DNA of 64,000 nucleotides from an uncultured Chloroflexia bacterium (GCA_963786145.1 CAWAYB010000002.1:226268-290267), one strand, 5' to 3'. Counted from the first letter of the stretch, positions 45,954 to 54,850 are shown. The notes: generated from the letters alone by a model not told the origin. A program made the numbers and translations.

Positions 45954-46136
45954 ATGATGAGCATTTCAGCGGCAGCGGCAGTAGTAATATTTCTTTTTAT
46001 CTTGCGCTTTGCGATGCCTCTGGGAGTCGTGGGTGGCCTGTGTTACCTGCTTAATCGCACCTGTGACCGGTGGGACGCTGAGGCTGAAGAGGCCAGGCGC
46101 GCCCAACAGGCGCAGCAAAGTACTCTTCAGACGTAA
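45954..46136 (+). CDS. Small single-TM membrane protein, N-terminal paralog of 41795..42154 (lacks the Cys-rich tail)
   Basis: AGGGGA precedes the ATG. The sequence ...AAVVIFLFILRFAMPLGVVGGLCYLLNRTCDRWDAEAEEA aligns with ...GIMVLLFALRCIVPLVLISGIGYFTNRLVDHWEAEAAEG. Confidence 0.45.
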   Translation: MMSISAAAAVVIFLFILRFAMPLGVVGGLCYLLNRTCDRWDAEAEEARRAQQAQQSTLQT

Positions 46137-46174
46137 CGGACCACAGGAACCAGCCTGCGATTGCACAGCAGGAT

Positions 46175-46210
46175 CAAAAAAGGCCAAGTCTTGATGACCT
46201 GGCCTTTTTC
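46175..46210. terminator. Bidirectional intrinsic terminator between convergent genes
   Basis: AAAAAAGGCCA (46175-46186), a 13-nt loop, then TGGCCTTTTT (46200-46209). A/T tracts on both sides. Confidence 0.6.
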
Positions 46211-46235
46211 GTTACCTTCAAGAAGTCAATACTGG

Positions 46236-48473
46236 CTAGCTTTCCGGCGCAGCAATCTCAGCCCGTGTCATACCCGCTGTGCTGCCACCAATGTTGGCCA
46301 GCGAGTCGTACAGTAGTTGTAACACGTAGTCTGCGTTATGCGCAAAAGCGCCAGGGTCCTTGGCTGTGTACTGGTAGTTGTAGGCGGCACGAAGCAATTT
46401 GGGCGTCCAGGTATTGAAACCATTTTCGCGATTGACCTCATCCGCGTCTGCAACACCGTCACCGTTCAGGTCTGTGAAGAAGTACGGGTAAGCCGACGGC
46501 GACCAGATGATGCCGCTACCAACCGTGTTAACGGCATAGGCCTGCATCGCCGCGTACAATGCTTCACGCATCGTATCCACTTCGCCGGCAATACCTTCTT
46601 CTACATCACCGTCACCGTCATAGTCGACCTCGCTCACACGAATGCTCGTCAGGTCATCCTTGACTTCGACACCCTCATGGCAATCACCGCATTCTTCAAC
46701 TACAACTTCCAACTCGTGAACGCTGTGACATTCGGTGCAGGTGTCAAACCCAGGCACGTGCTCGTTGCGACCGCTGTATTCCTGCCCGTCATACTGGTAT
46801 CCACCCTGCGCCTCGCTCCCGAAGAGCGTCGCGCCGGCGGCAAAGTAGTGGACATTCAGGAAACGCAGCGCATCTGATTGCTCATCGTCCGTCAACTCGC
46901 CAATCAAGCGATTCACGCTGACGGTAGATTCACGTCCTTGATGGCAGTTGATGCAAAGATTGCTGCCCGGATCGTCAAGCGAAAGCATAGCGCCGCTGGG
47001 GAACTGTACCTGCTCAAACTCGTAGATGGAGTAATCTTCCAAGTTGCTGTGACAGGTGGCACAGTTCAAACCGTTGGCCGGATGCTGTGAGATGGCTACG
47101 CCTTCCGTTGCATACAACGGCAGGCCGGCAGCGGAGTGGCACTTGCTGCAAGAGCCGGGCACCATTCCATCCTCATCCCAATGACGGAACGCCTCTTCTG
47201 AACCGGCGAAATGACCATGATCGATGCGTCTGGCATTGGTCAGATCAATCGGTTCAGCAATCGCTCCATTCAGATCCTCAATGGAGTCATAGAGCAGCTG
47301 GATGATATACTTTCCGCCATGCGCGAACCGGCCCGGATCCTTCAGCGATACCTGGAAGTTGTAAGCCGCTTTTGTCAGGCGCGGTGACCAGGCATTGTAC
47401 GCATTATCGAAGACAGCCTCATCCTCACCGGCTTCACCGTCCCCATTCCCGTCAATGAAGAAATAGGGATAGCTGGCCGCGTTATAGGCGATCGGCGTTC
47501 CGGTCACTTCTGTGGCATAGGCCTGCATTGCTGCATACAGCATGTCACGCATGCCTTCTATCTCGTAGTAGATACCTTCTTCGATGTCCCCGTCACCGTC
47601 ATAGTCAACGAGGGAGCCATTCATGCGCACGTCCACGAAATCGTCGACGGTTTCTACGCCTTCATGGCAGGATTGGCAATCTGCTACTTGGACTTCCAGC
47701 GTGTGCGGATCGTGGCAGGAATTACAGGTGTTGAACCCTTCCACATGGTCAAAACGGGCATCGTAGGACTTGCCGTCATATTCGAAGCCACCTTTGGCCA
47801 ACGTTCCATATTGCGTCGCTGCCGCAGCATAGTAGTGGATATTGGAGAATCCAAGATCCTCACTTACGGCATCAGGCGAATCGACCATGCCGGCCTCTTC
47901 GATTTTGGCGTTGACGCTGACCGTCGATTCCCGGCCCTGATGGCACTGCATGCAGCGGGCCTCAGCCCCAAGACCGGTGAGTTCAATACCGGAGGGCATG
48001 ACCACGCTGGTCATATTGAAGGTGCCTTCGTTATGGCAGGCTTCGCAGGTAACCGTGGTGCCGATGGGGGCGGGATTATCTACAACACCCGCTTCTGTGC
48101 CGTCAGCACCTACATAGTCCAGATATCCAGGCGTGCTGTGGCACTTGGCACAGGACGTGGGAACTTCTGCAGGATCGTCTTCGTTCCAATGGACAAATGC
48201 TTCCGCTTCGGCGTCATTGTGCGGGGATGCTGCCCATTGTTCCTCGAACGGGACCACATCCACGGCCGTTTCCGGCTCCATCATCACTTCTACGACACGC
48301 GTCACCTCAACCTGCACCTCCGGCCCAGGTACTTGAACCTCGGCGCCCGGTATTTCTACGACACGCGTCACTTCGACGGTCTGCGGTTCTTGGCTGCATG
48401 CCACTACCACAAGACTTAATAGTAGCAGCGTGCCCAAGAGCAGGAAATACCGTCTCTTCGGACAACACTTCAT
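46236..48473 (-). CDS. Decahaem cytochrome c lipoprotein with internal duplication (2 x pentahaem unit)
   Basis: AGGAGG RBS; lipobox LVVVAC. Ten CxxCH motifs: CAKCH, CEACH, CMQCH, CNSCH, CQSCH / CSKCH, CATCH, CINCH, CTECH, CGDCH. Each half also carries DYDGDGD(I/V)EEGI and QLLYDS motifs. Confidence 0.85.
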   Translation of the reverse strand: MKCCPKRRYFLLLGTLLLLSLVVVACSQEPQTVEVTRVVEIPGAEVQVPGPEVQVEVTRVVEVMMEPETAVDVVPFEEQWAASPHNDAEAEAFVHWNEDDPAEVPTSCAKCHSTPGYLDYVGADGTEAGVVDNPAPIGTTVTCEACHNEGTFNMTSVVMPSGIELTGLGAEARCMQCHQGRESTVSVNAKIEEAGMVDSPDAVSEDLGFSNIHYYAAAATQYGTLAKGGFEYDGKSYDARFDHVEGFNTCNSCHDPHTLEVQVADCQSCHEGVETVDDFVDVRMNGSLVDYDGDGDIEEGIYYEIEGMRDMLYAAMQAYATEVTGTPIAYNAASYPYFFIDGNGDGEAGEDEAVFDNAYNAWSPRLTKAAYNFQVSLKDPGRFAHGGKYIIQLLYDSIEDLNGAIAEPIDLTNARRIDHGHFAGSEEAFRHWDEDGMVPGSCSKCHSAAGLPLYATEGVAISQHPANGLNCATCHSNLEDYSIYEFEQVQFPSGAMLSLDDPGSNLCINCHQGRESTVSVNRLIGELTDDEQSDALRFLNVHYFAAGATLFGSEAQGGYQYDGQEYSGRNEHVPGFDTCTECHSVHELEVVVEECGDCHEGVEVKDDLTSIRVSEVDYDGDGDVEEGIAGEVDTMREALYAAMQAYAVNTVGSGIIWSPSAYPYFFTDLNGDGVADADEVNRENGFNTWTPKLLRAAYNYQYTAKDPGAFAHNADYVLQLLYDSLANIGGSTAGMTRAEIAAPES

Positions 48474-48566
48474 AGGTTTACCTCCTTTCCTTAATTGCGC
48501 GACAAGAGATTCTTGCCAGGTCTCGTCGCATTCTCCATTAAAAAGTCTGGCCCTGTGGGCCTCGTT

Positions 48567-49433
48567 CTACGGTAACGGTGTTCGTGTCACCGGTACGAAA
48601 ACTTCTCGGGTAACAGCAGGCAGTGTAGTAATGGCCGTCTCCTCAAACGTGAAAAGGTAGACCAGCACCGCAAAAATCACCGTGCCCAGCACCGCGCTCA
48701 CGATCAAGAAGTTGCGTTGTCTGTGCCCGGGCGCATCCAAAGCTGCCCCAGGAAACGGATCGCCGCCAGCCTCCAGCCGTTCCAACTCCAAGGCGTGTTC
48801 CTCTTCCATCTGGTCACGCGGCAGCGAACCAGTCCACATGCTGGGGTTGAAATTCTTAATTAATACATTGTACAGGTGCCAAATAACAATGGACACGGCC
48901 GCCAGGATCGCCTCGCCGCCATGTGCCGCCTTCGCTGCCGGGATAAACTGCCCGGGCAAGAAATTGGTCACAGCGATCGGGTTCCAAAGCATGAACCCGG
49001 TCACGATCATCACGCCGGTGCCCCACACCACCGCCCAATACTCGAACTTCTCGCCGAAATTGAACTTGGGCATCCTGGGGTGGTGCGCCACCAGGCCCAA
49101 ATTATACCCCACCCAATTCTTTAGATCGATAGCATCCTGCCACGTGGGCAATACACGCATCCGCTCCCGCTTGACGTACAGACGATAGGCGGAGGTAAAC
49201 AGATGATACACCGTACCCAATACCAGGAAAAACGCGGAATAACGGTGTACGATGCGGACCGTTTCAATACCGCCCATGGCATTGATCATGCTCTGTGAAA
49301 TATCCGCAGCCGCATATTTCTGGGGGATGCCCGTGATACACAGCAGGGTAAAACTCAGCAGCAGGATGATATGCTCGATCCGCGCCATGAGGCGGAAGCG
49401 CGGGAATTGTTGTTGCTCTTCAACGGAGTTCAC
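48567..49433 (-). CDS. Membrane di-haem cytochrome b, FdnI/HydC (Ni/Fe-hydrogenase b-type cytochrome) family
   Basis: 288-aa ORF. Family-typical ARIEHIILLLSFTLLCITG...RIVHRYSAFF...KFNFGEKFEYWAVVWG...HGGEAILAAVSIVIWHLY, with 4-5 TM helices. Confidence 0.8.
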   Translation of the reverse strand: MNSVEEQQQFPRFRLMARIEHIILLLSFTLLCITGIPQKYAAADISQSMINAMGGIETVRIVHRYSAFFLVLGTVYHLFTSAYRLYVKRERMRVLPTWQDAIDLKNWVGYNLGLVAHHPRMPKFNFGEKFEYWAVVWGTGVMIVTGFMLWNPIAVTNFLPGQFIPAAKAAHGGEAILAAVSIVIWHLYNVLIKNFNPSMWTGSLPRDQMEEEHALELERLEAGGDPFPGAALDAPGHRQRNFLIVSAVLGTVIFAVLVYLFTFEETAITTLPAVTREVFVPVTRTPLP

Positions 49434-49435
49434 AA

Positions 49436-51109
49436 TTATTCGCTCCTTGAGGAAGACCCCAACCGCGTGCGCACACGCCGGTATACATCGGTCATCACGA
49501 GAAATGCCAAGCCGCCGGCCGTCAGCGGGATGATGATTTGATAGAACAGATTCACCAGGTAGACCAGTGTGTTATGCTCCAGCGAAGGCTCGAAATGGCT
49601 GGTCCAGGCGTTCGGGAAGTTCGCGGTGGCATCCGGATGGCACTGCTGGCAGGTCACCAACAGGTTCTCTTTAATTCCTGCGTCGGGATCGTCCGGGCTC
49701 TTGATGTTGTGCACACCGTGGCAGTCATAGCACACGGCCGAATTCGGGTGCGCGTTTGGATCTTCAGGGTCAAACAACATCGTTGTCGTACCGTGGAAAT
49801 CGGCCACGTAGGTGTTGAAGACCTCAGTGGAGATGTCGTACTTGTCCATCAACTCCTGATCCGCATGGCACTCGGCGCAGAGCAAAGGCGAACGCACGCG
49901 GAAGAGCGTCGTGGTTGGATCGGCGATGTCATGAACGCCGTGGCAATCGATGCATGTCGGCACATCTTCATTGTCATCCAACAGCAGCGCCTCACCGTGC
50001 ACGCTTTCGGCGTACTCCTGGTAGATCTCGCTGTGGCACTGCTCACAAATCTGGGAAACGCGTGCGCGCGGTTCGTCCGGCACAGGCGTATCGTGCGCGC
50101 CGTGACAATCTGTGCAAACGGCCGCGTCCAAATTTCCCTCCATTAGGGCATCGCCGTGTACACTGTCCAGGCTCTTCTCGAAGTTACGCTCATGGCAACT
50201 GCGGCAAGTTTGGTTGCGCAAAATGGTATATTCACGCGCGCTGTCTACTTCGACCGGCTCATGCGGGAAGCGGTAATCCGTGTGGCAATCGGCGCATATC
50301 AAGGCATCCCACTCGTTACTGGCGCCGTGCACCGAGTCATGCAGTGCCTGGGCATCCACCGTTAGCGACACAACCTCACCGTCTGGAAACTCCATCGTCA
50401 GGCCCGGTTGGCCATGACAAGCCAGGCAGTAGTCACTGTTGACCTGCTGCTGTGCAAACAGCCCACTGTTGATCAGTGCCGTAAGCGCGGCAGCATCCAC
50501 CTGTTCAATGCCTGATTCGGTATGGCAGGTAACGCAGGCTTCGGTACCTTCACCGGCGCGCATTTGCTCTTTAGTCAACACCTCATGCGATCCATGACAG
50601 TCTGTGCACGCCACCGGGTTCTCTGAATCAGGTCCAGGATGACTGGTTACATGGGGTTCCTGGTGGCAGGTCTCGCAAGCAGTGGACTGCGCAAGCTCAA
50701 ATTCACGCAAGTCAGCCGCCTCTTGCGGCGGGTGCGGGAACTGGTATTCTGCCGGTTGGTGGCAGCTCGTACAGGCCAGGGGGTTCTCGGCCTGGTCACC
50801 GTGGGCAGAAGCAGCCAGCGCGTCCATATCCACAACTGCGGGCACGCTTTCTCCTGACGGGAAGGTGACAACCGCTTCTGTGTCTACGTGACAGCTGCGA
50901 CAGGCAAGATCGCTGGCCGGGTGATCCTGCGGCAGTGGCCGATCCTGGGCCACGAGCAAACCCTGCCGGGTGAAGGAGGGTGATTCCGTACCAGGATCTG
51001 CCTGGACCGCGTTCGGAGGGAAGACAAAAAACGCCGCCACCGCACAGAAAACGATGGTGCTGGCGATTAGCCCAAAAGCAAGAGCCTTTTTCTGCGATGT
51101 AGGGTGCAA
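49436..51109 (-). CDS. 14-haem cytochrome c with N-terminal signal/anchor and C-terminal TM helix
   Basis: TTG start follows AAGGAG. Fourteen CxxCH motifs counted by eye. C-terminal helix LVYLVNLFYQIIIPLTAGGLAFLV. Stop lies 3 nt from the cytochrome b start. Confidence 0.85.
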   Translation of the reverse strand: MHPTSQKKALAFGLIASTIVFCAVAAFFVFPPNAVQADPGTESPSFTRQGLLVAQDRPLPQDHPASDLACRSCHVDTEAVVTFPSGESVPAVVDMDALAASAHGDQAENPLACTSCHQPAEYQFPHPPQEAADLREFELAQSTACETCHQEPHVTSHPGPDSENPVACTDCHGSHEVLTKEQMRAGEGTEACVTCHTESGIEQVDAAALTALINSGLFAQQQVNSDYCLACHGQPGLTMEFPDGEVVSLTVDAQALHDSVHGASNEWDALICADCHTDYRFPHEPVEVDSAREYTILRNQTCRSCHERNFEKSLDSVHGDALMEGNLDAAVCTDCHGAHDTPVPDEPRARVSQICEQCHSEIYQEYAESVHGEALLLDDNEDVPTCIDCHGVHDIADPTTTLFRVRSPLLCAECHADQELMDKYDISTEVFNTYVADFHGTTTMLFDPEDPNAHPNSAVCYDCHGVHNIKSPDDPDAGIKENLLVTCQQCHPDATANFPNAWTSHFEPSLEHNTLVYLVNLFYQIIIPLTAGGLAFLVMTDVYRRVRTRLGSSSRSE

Positions 51110-51221
51110 GCAATAACTCCTTGCTGAACTATCTCACGACCAATCCTGCGCCCCAGACGAATAACAGTCAGAAGCGCAGGGTTTGTTCTTGGACTATGCA
51201 GCCGCGGCCGTGGAGCGAAGC

Positions 51222-52514
51222 CTAATTCGCGCCAGCCGCCTCGCCTTCCACCGGCGCCACTTCTTCCACAGGCGGAACATGGTAGCCACGGGCCACAGCC
51301 TGCAGCTCTTCGTCCGTTACCTCCGGCCCAAAACCGTCTGGATTGTGACAACTGCGGCAAGCAAAGCTGAGCGAAATCTGCGGCACGGAAACGAGTCCAT
51401 CGCTCGTTTCGACAAACTGTTCGATCTGTTCCGGATCAATAGCCACCGCATGAGTACGGAGATCGCCAGTGAACTGTTCCGGGGCGCCGACAGCGCTCTG
51501 GATCAAATGCGGCATATGGCAGCCAAGGCAATCCACTGCAATCCGATCGTGCACCCCACCATCATCATTGGCAGCCTCAGCAAAGTGGCAGTTCTCACAT
51601 CCCACGCGCGTCGTCGCTACGCCGGCAGCCGCTAATTGCACAACGCCAGTATGTGGATCATGGCAGGAAACACAGTCCAAAACAGCGTGCTTGCCGGGGA
51701 ATAGATCCTGGTACTCGTCCTGATGCTGAATGAAACCTTCCGACGCGCTGACCGGACCGATGTCCCCGCGGGTATGGCAAGAAGTACAGGCTTCCGCATC
51801 ACGATCAATGATTGGCCGGATGGAAGCTGGGTTGTTGACGTGTAGACTGCCAGGGCCATGGCACCCTTCACACTGCACCCCGGGAAAAGCGAATGTACCT
51901 ACCATGCCAGGCATTCCATCCTGATTGCCTTCCGGACTGTATCCCGTAGTGTGGCAGGAACCACAATCATAGGCTTGTTCTTGTCCCGGATGGTAGGCGA
52001 CCCAGTCGTCGCCCAGATCCAGATCTGGATTTTCAAGATTGTATTGTGTGGTTGCCTCTTCACCGCCCGTGATGAGATAGCCCTCGTTATCAACAAAGCG
52101 TGCTTTCCAGTTATATCCACCAACGACATAGCTGATCTCATCCCATGTGAACCCTTCCGGTGGACCATCAAGTTCGCTAAAGGGATATTCTGGAGCTTGT
52201 CCGTCAACAACAGGGGTCAGTTGGTGCGGGTGGCCGCTGCCCATGAAGACATCAACCGTCTCCTGGTGGCATTCGGCGCAGGCTTCGCTGCCGACATATT
52301 GGGGGGGCTGGAAACTGACTCCGTCGGCGCCAGCAGGTCCAGCGGGACCCGCTGCACCGTCGCGTCCGGCAGGGCCAGGCAAACCTTGAGGGCCTTCCGG
52401 ACCAACTGGGCCGGCGGAGCCTTCAGCACCTGCACAACCGGCAATGACAAATGCCATCACCAATAGCAAAATAACTAGGCGTCTGCGATCCACAACACCC
52501 TCCTCAAGGTCCAT
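51222..52514 (-). CDS. Octahaem cytochrome c lipoprotein with N-terminal collagen-like (Gly-X-Y)11 segment
   Basis: Lipobox VIAGC, then GSAGPVGPEGPQGLPGPAGRDGAAGPAGPAGADG (aa 32-65). Eight CxxCH motifs follow: CAECH, CGSCH, CEGCH, CTSCH, CVSCH, CENCH, CLGCH, CRSCH. Confidence 0.85.
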   Translation of the reverse strand: MDLEEGVVDRRRLVILLLVMAFVIAGCAGAEGSAGPVGPEGPQGLPGPAGRDGAAGPAGPAGADGVSFQPPQYVGSEACAECHQETVDVFMGSGHPHQLTPVVDGQAPEYPFSELDGPPEGFTWDEISYVVGGYNWKARFVDNEGYLITGGEEATTQYNLENPDLDLGDDWVAYHPGQEQAYDCGSCHTTGYSPEGNQDGMPGMVGTFAFPGVQCEGCHGPGSLHVNNPASIRPIIDRDAEACTSCHTRGDIGPVSASEGFIQHQDEYQDLFPGKHAVLDCVSCHDPHTGVVQLAAAGVATTRVGCENCHFAEAANDDGGVHDRIAVDCLGCHMPHLIQSAVGAPEQFTGDLRTHAVAIDPEQIEQFVETSDGLVSVPQISLSFACRSCHNPDGFGPEVTDEELQAVARGYHVPPVEEVAPVEGEAAGAN

Positions 52515-52608
52515 CCGATGCGCAAAGACGAAAGTAGCCAGGCAACCAAAACCACCGATTACCCGTTTCTGTCGATTGTTCTTCCTAATGATACACGCTC
52601 AGTAATAG

Positions 52609-52631
52609 ATGACAATAGTGATCATTGTCAT
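52609..52631. promoter_or_regulatory. Operator-like inverted repeat upstream of the collagen-octahaem operon
   Basis: ATGACAAT, 7 nt, ATTGTCAT (52609-52616 / 52624-52631), plus a third half-site ATGACAAG at 52641-52648. It overlaps a candidate minus-strand -35 (TTGTCA), with TATCAT 16 nt downstream. Confidence 0.4.
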
Positions 52632-52715
52632 GCACAAAACATGACAAGGGGTGCTTGCCCGTCAGAAAGCTACGCATAAGCATGCATCGAAGAGGGATTG
52701 GATGGAGAAACGAAT

Positions 52716-52746
52716 GCAAAAACGGCTGTCGAAACAGACGGCCGTT
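52716..52746 (-). terminator. Intrinsic terminator after NrfD-like gene of module 2
   Basis: The minus strand reads AACGGCCGTC-TGTTTC-GACAGCCGTT followed by TTTTTG (one mismatch in the 10-bp stem). Located 46 nt past the stop at 52792. Confidence 0.55.
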
Positions 52747-52791
52747 ATTGCATGAGTTGATGGCGGCAGCTTTACGCTTTGTTACTCGCGC

Positions 52792-54024
52792 TTAATGCTC
52801 TTTGGTGCCAGTCGCATAGGGGAACAATGGCAGGTGCCGTACTCCGAGGGTAAAGGCCAGCAGTGCATATCCCGCAATACCCACACTCACCGCTACCTCT
52901 ACCAGTGAAGGAGAATAGCTGAGTACAATGATGTTCCCGAGGATGCCCGGTGACCAGCTTGGTGGCACAACCAGGCCAGAAAGGGTCACATTCCAGCGAT
53001 TCACGACCAGGCCAACTACGGCCAATCCCAGACCAAGAATTAGCGCCCGGTCATTGCGGCGCAGCGGCGGGTACAGAAAGATGAACGCCGGGATAATTGC
53101 GCCCAGAAATACCTCTACGAACCAGAAAGTGCGAGTATAAGGCGTCGTCAACTGCAGGCGTAGAAATGCATCGGCCGTGCCCGGCGTGTGGCTATAATAG
53201 GAAGTTGCCGCCCAATCCCACAGTTTTAAGTAGAGGTAAGCGAGCATCGCATAGCCGGAGAACCGGGCGATGCGCCACTTCAGCTCGTCACTAATCAGAT
53301 CTTTGTGGGTGAACTTTCCCGCCACAAGGGTGAGGAACAACGTCAGCGCAGTCCCCGCCGCAACGGCCGACATGATAAACATCACCGGCATGGAGGGTTT
53401 GTACCAGATCTCGCGCCCCGTCAACACCCCGTAGGTCGCCCCCAGAGATGATTGGTGCAGTAGGGACAGGGATAAGCCGACAACCGCGAAAGCCGGCGTC
53501 AGCCTGTGCAGGTAGTCACCAACAACCCGCAGCTGCGGCCAGCGATCAAAATACTTGCTGTCCAAGAGGATGGGTAAGAACTCCAGGAACAAGATCGTGG
53601 AATACAGGATGACACACCATGTGATCTCCCACAACACCGAATGGACGTTCCAATAGACCAGTGGATGCCAGAAGCGATCCGGCCGCCCAATGTCCATCGC
53701 CAGAGCAATCATTGCCGAGGTATAGCCAATGAAACCTACGAATACGGCCGCACGCGCGATCTCACGAAATTGGGTGAACTTGAACAGATAAGCAATGGCG
53801 GAAAAGGTAAACGCCCCGGCTCCCAGGCCGATGGCTGAAAGATCATGCGTAATCCACAGCCCCCAGGGAACCTGGTCGGTGAGGTTCGTAACCTGCAAGC
53901 CGTGCAGCAGGGTCTGGATTGCCCCCCAGATGCCAATCGCAATGAGGATAGCTAGCAGACCGTACCACATGGTGATCGGCGCAATGATTCTCCGTTCTTC
54001 GGCCGTTATTTGTCCAGCAGACAT
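52792..54024 (-). CDS. NrfD/PsrC-family polytopic membrane subunit (module 2)
   Basis: Start at MSAGQI (ATG at 54024, behind GGAGGAAG, 1 nt after the upstream stop). LQVTNLTDQVPWGLWITHDLSAIGLGAGAF...DIGRPDRFWH is paralogous to module 1. Confidence 0.85.
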   Translation of the reverse strand: MSAGQITAEERRIIAPITMWYGLLAILIAIGIWGAIQTLLHGLQVTNLTDQVPWGLWITHDLSAIGLGAGAFTFSAIAYLFKFTQFREIARAAVFVGFIGYTSAMIALAMDIGRPDRFWHPLVYWNVHSVLWEITWCVILYSTILFLEFLPILLDSKYFDRWPQLRVVGDYLHRLTPAFAVVGLSLSLLHQSSLGATYGVLTGREIWYKPSMPVMFIMSAVAAGTALTLFLTLVAGKFTHKDLISDELKWRIARFSGYAMLAYLYLKLWDWAATSYYSHTPGTADAFLRLQLTTPYTRTFWFVEVFLGAIIPAFIFLYPPLRRNDRALILGLGLAVVGLVVNRWNVTLSGLVVPPSWSPGILGNIIVLSYSPSLVEVAVSVGIAGYALLAFTLGVRHLPLFPYATGTKEH

Positions 54025-54025
54025 A

Positions 54026-54850
54026 TCAGACTTCCTCCAACGCTGGCCGTACATAATGGACTTTGGGCTGCGTGCCAAAATCCTCGCGCAACACAAAGGT
54101 GTCGTTATCTTCCAGGAAGCGCGAAATCGGGCTTTCCACATCGTTAAAGTCCCCAAAAACGCGCGCGCCGACCGGGCAGATGTTGACGCAAGCCGGTGTT
54201 ACCTGTGGATCGACCCCAGGCTTGAGGCCGTACTCCACAGCCCGGTCAATACGCTGCACGCAAAAGGTACATTTTTCAACCACACCACGCGGCCGCCGTT
54301 CCACTTCGGGCGTGCCCCAGGTCGGAACATATTCGTTTTCTTCTGTGCTTTGCTTCCAGTTAAAACGGCGTACGTCGTATGGGCAGGCAACCTCGCAATA
54401 GCGGCAGCCGATGCAGCGATCATAGTCCATCGCCACCAGCCCGTCTTCGCGCACCCAGGTTGCACCTACGGGGCACACTTTGACACACGGCGCTTCCTGG
54501 CAGTGCAGACACGGCCGTGTCATGAAGAAATCTGTCGCGTTCTCCGTGCGCTCGTCAAACCCGACATTCCAGCGCATATCGTCTTCCGGCACATCATTGA
54601 CAGCCTGGCAAGCCCACAGGCAATATTGGCAGCCGATGCACTTGGACAAATCAATGCCCATATGCCATTGATTGGCCGAACTCGCCTCCGTCTCGCGTGA
54701 CAAACCCTCGATCGCCTCGGCCGACAACGGTCCGCCGGAGAAAAGCTGTGAGACAACCACGGCCGCGCCGGTCACCCCGGCGATCTTCAGAACATCGCGA
54801 CGGCTCAGAAGCGCGGTGCCATCCTTTTTCTCCCCATCACCTTTCGTCAT
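54026..54850 (-). CDS. Tat-exported 4x[4Fe-4S] ferredoxin subunit, NrfC/PsrB family (module 2)
   Basis: Twin-arginine signal LLSRRDVLKIAGVTGAAVV. Cys clusters CIGCQYCLWAC, CLHCQEAPCVKVCP, CIGCRYCEVACP and CTFCVQR...CVNICP. Confidence 0.9.
   Translation of the reverse strand: MTKGDGEKKDGTALLSRRDVLKIAGVTGAAVVVSQLFSGGPLSAEAIEGLSRETEASSANQWHMGIDLSKCIGCQYCLWACQAVNDVPEDDMRWNVGFDERTENATDFFMTRPCLHCQEAPCVKVCPVGATWVREDGLVAMDYDRCIGCRYCEVACPYDVRRFNWKQSTEENEYVPTWGTPEVERRPRGVVEKCTFCVQRIDRAVEYGLKPGVDPQVTPACVNICPVGARVFGDFNDVESPISRFLEDNDTFVLREDFGTQPKVHYVRPALEEV

Noticed and set aside
53795-54700. 301-aa plus-strand ORF; similar long shadow ORFs at 22045..22962, 47664..48419, 43674..44273, 55113..55805 and 49538..50146
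   Set aside because: All lie opposite strongly supported cytochrome, FeS, NrfD or surface-protein genes. All translate to Arg/His-rich low-complexity sequence.
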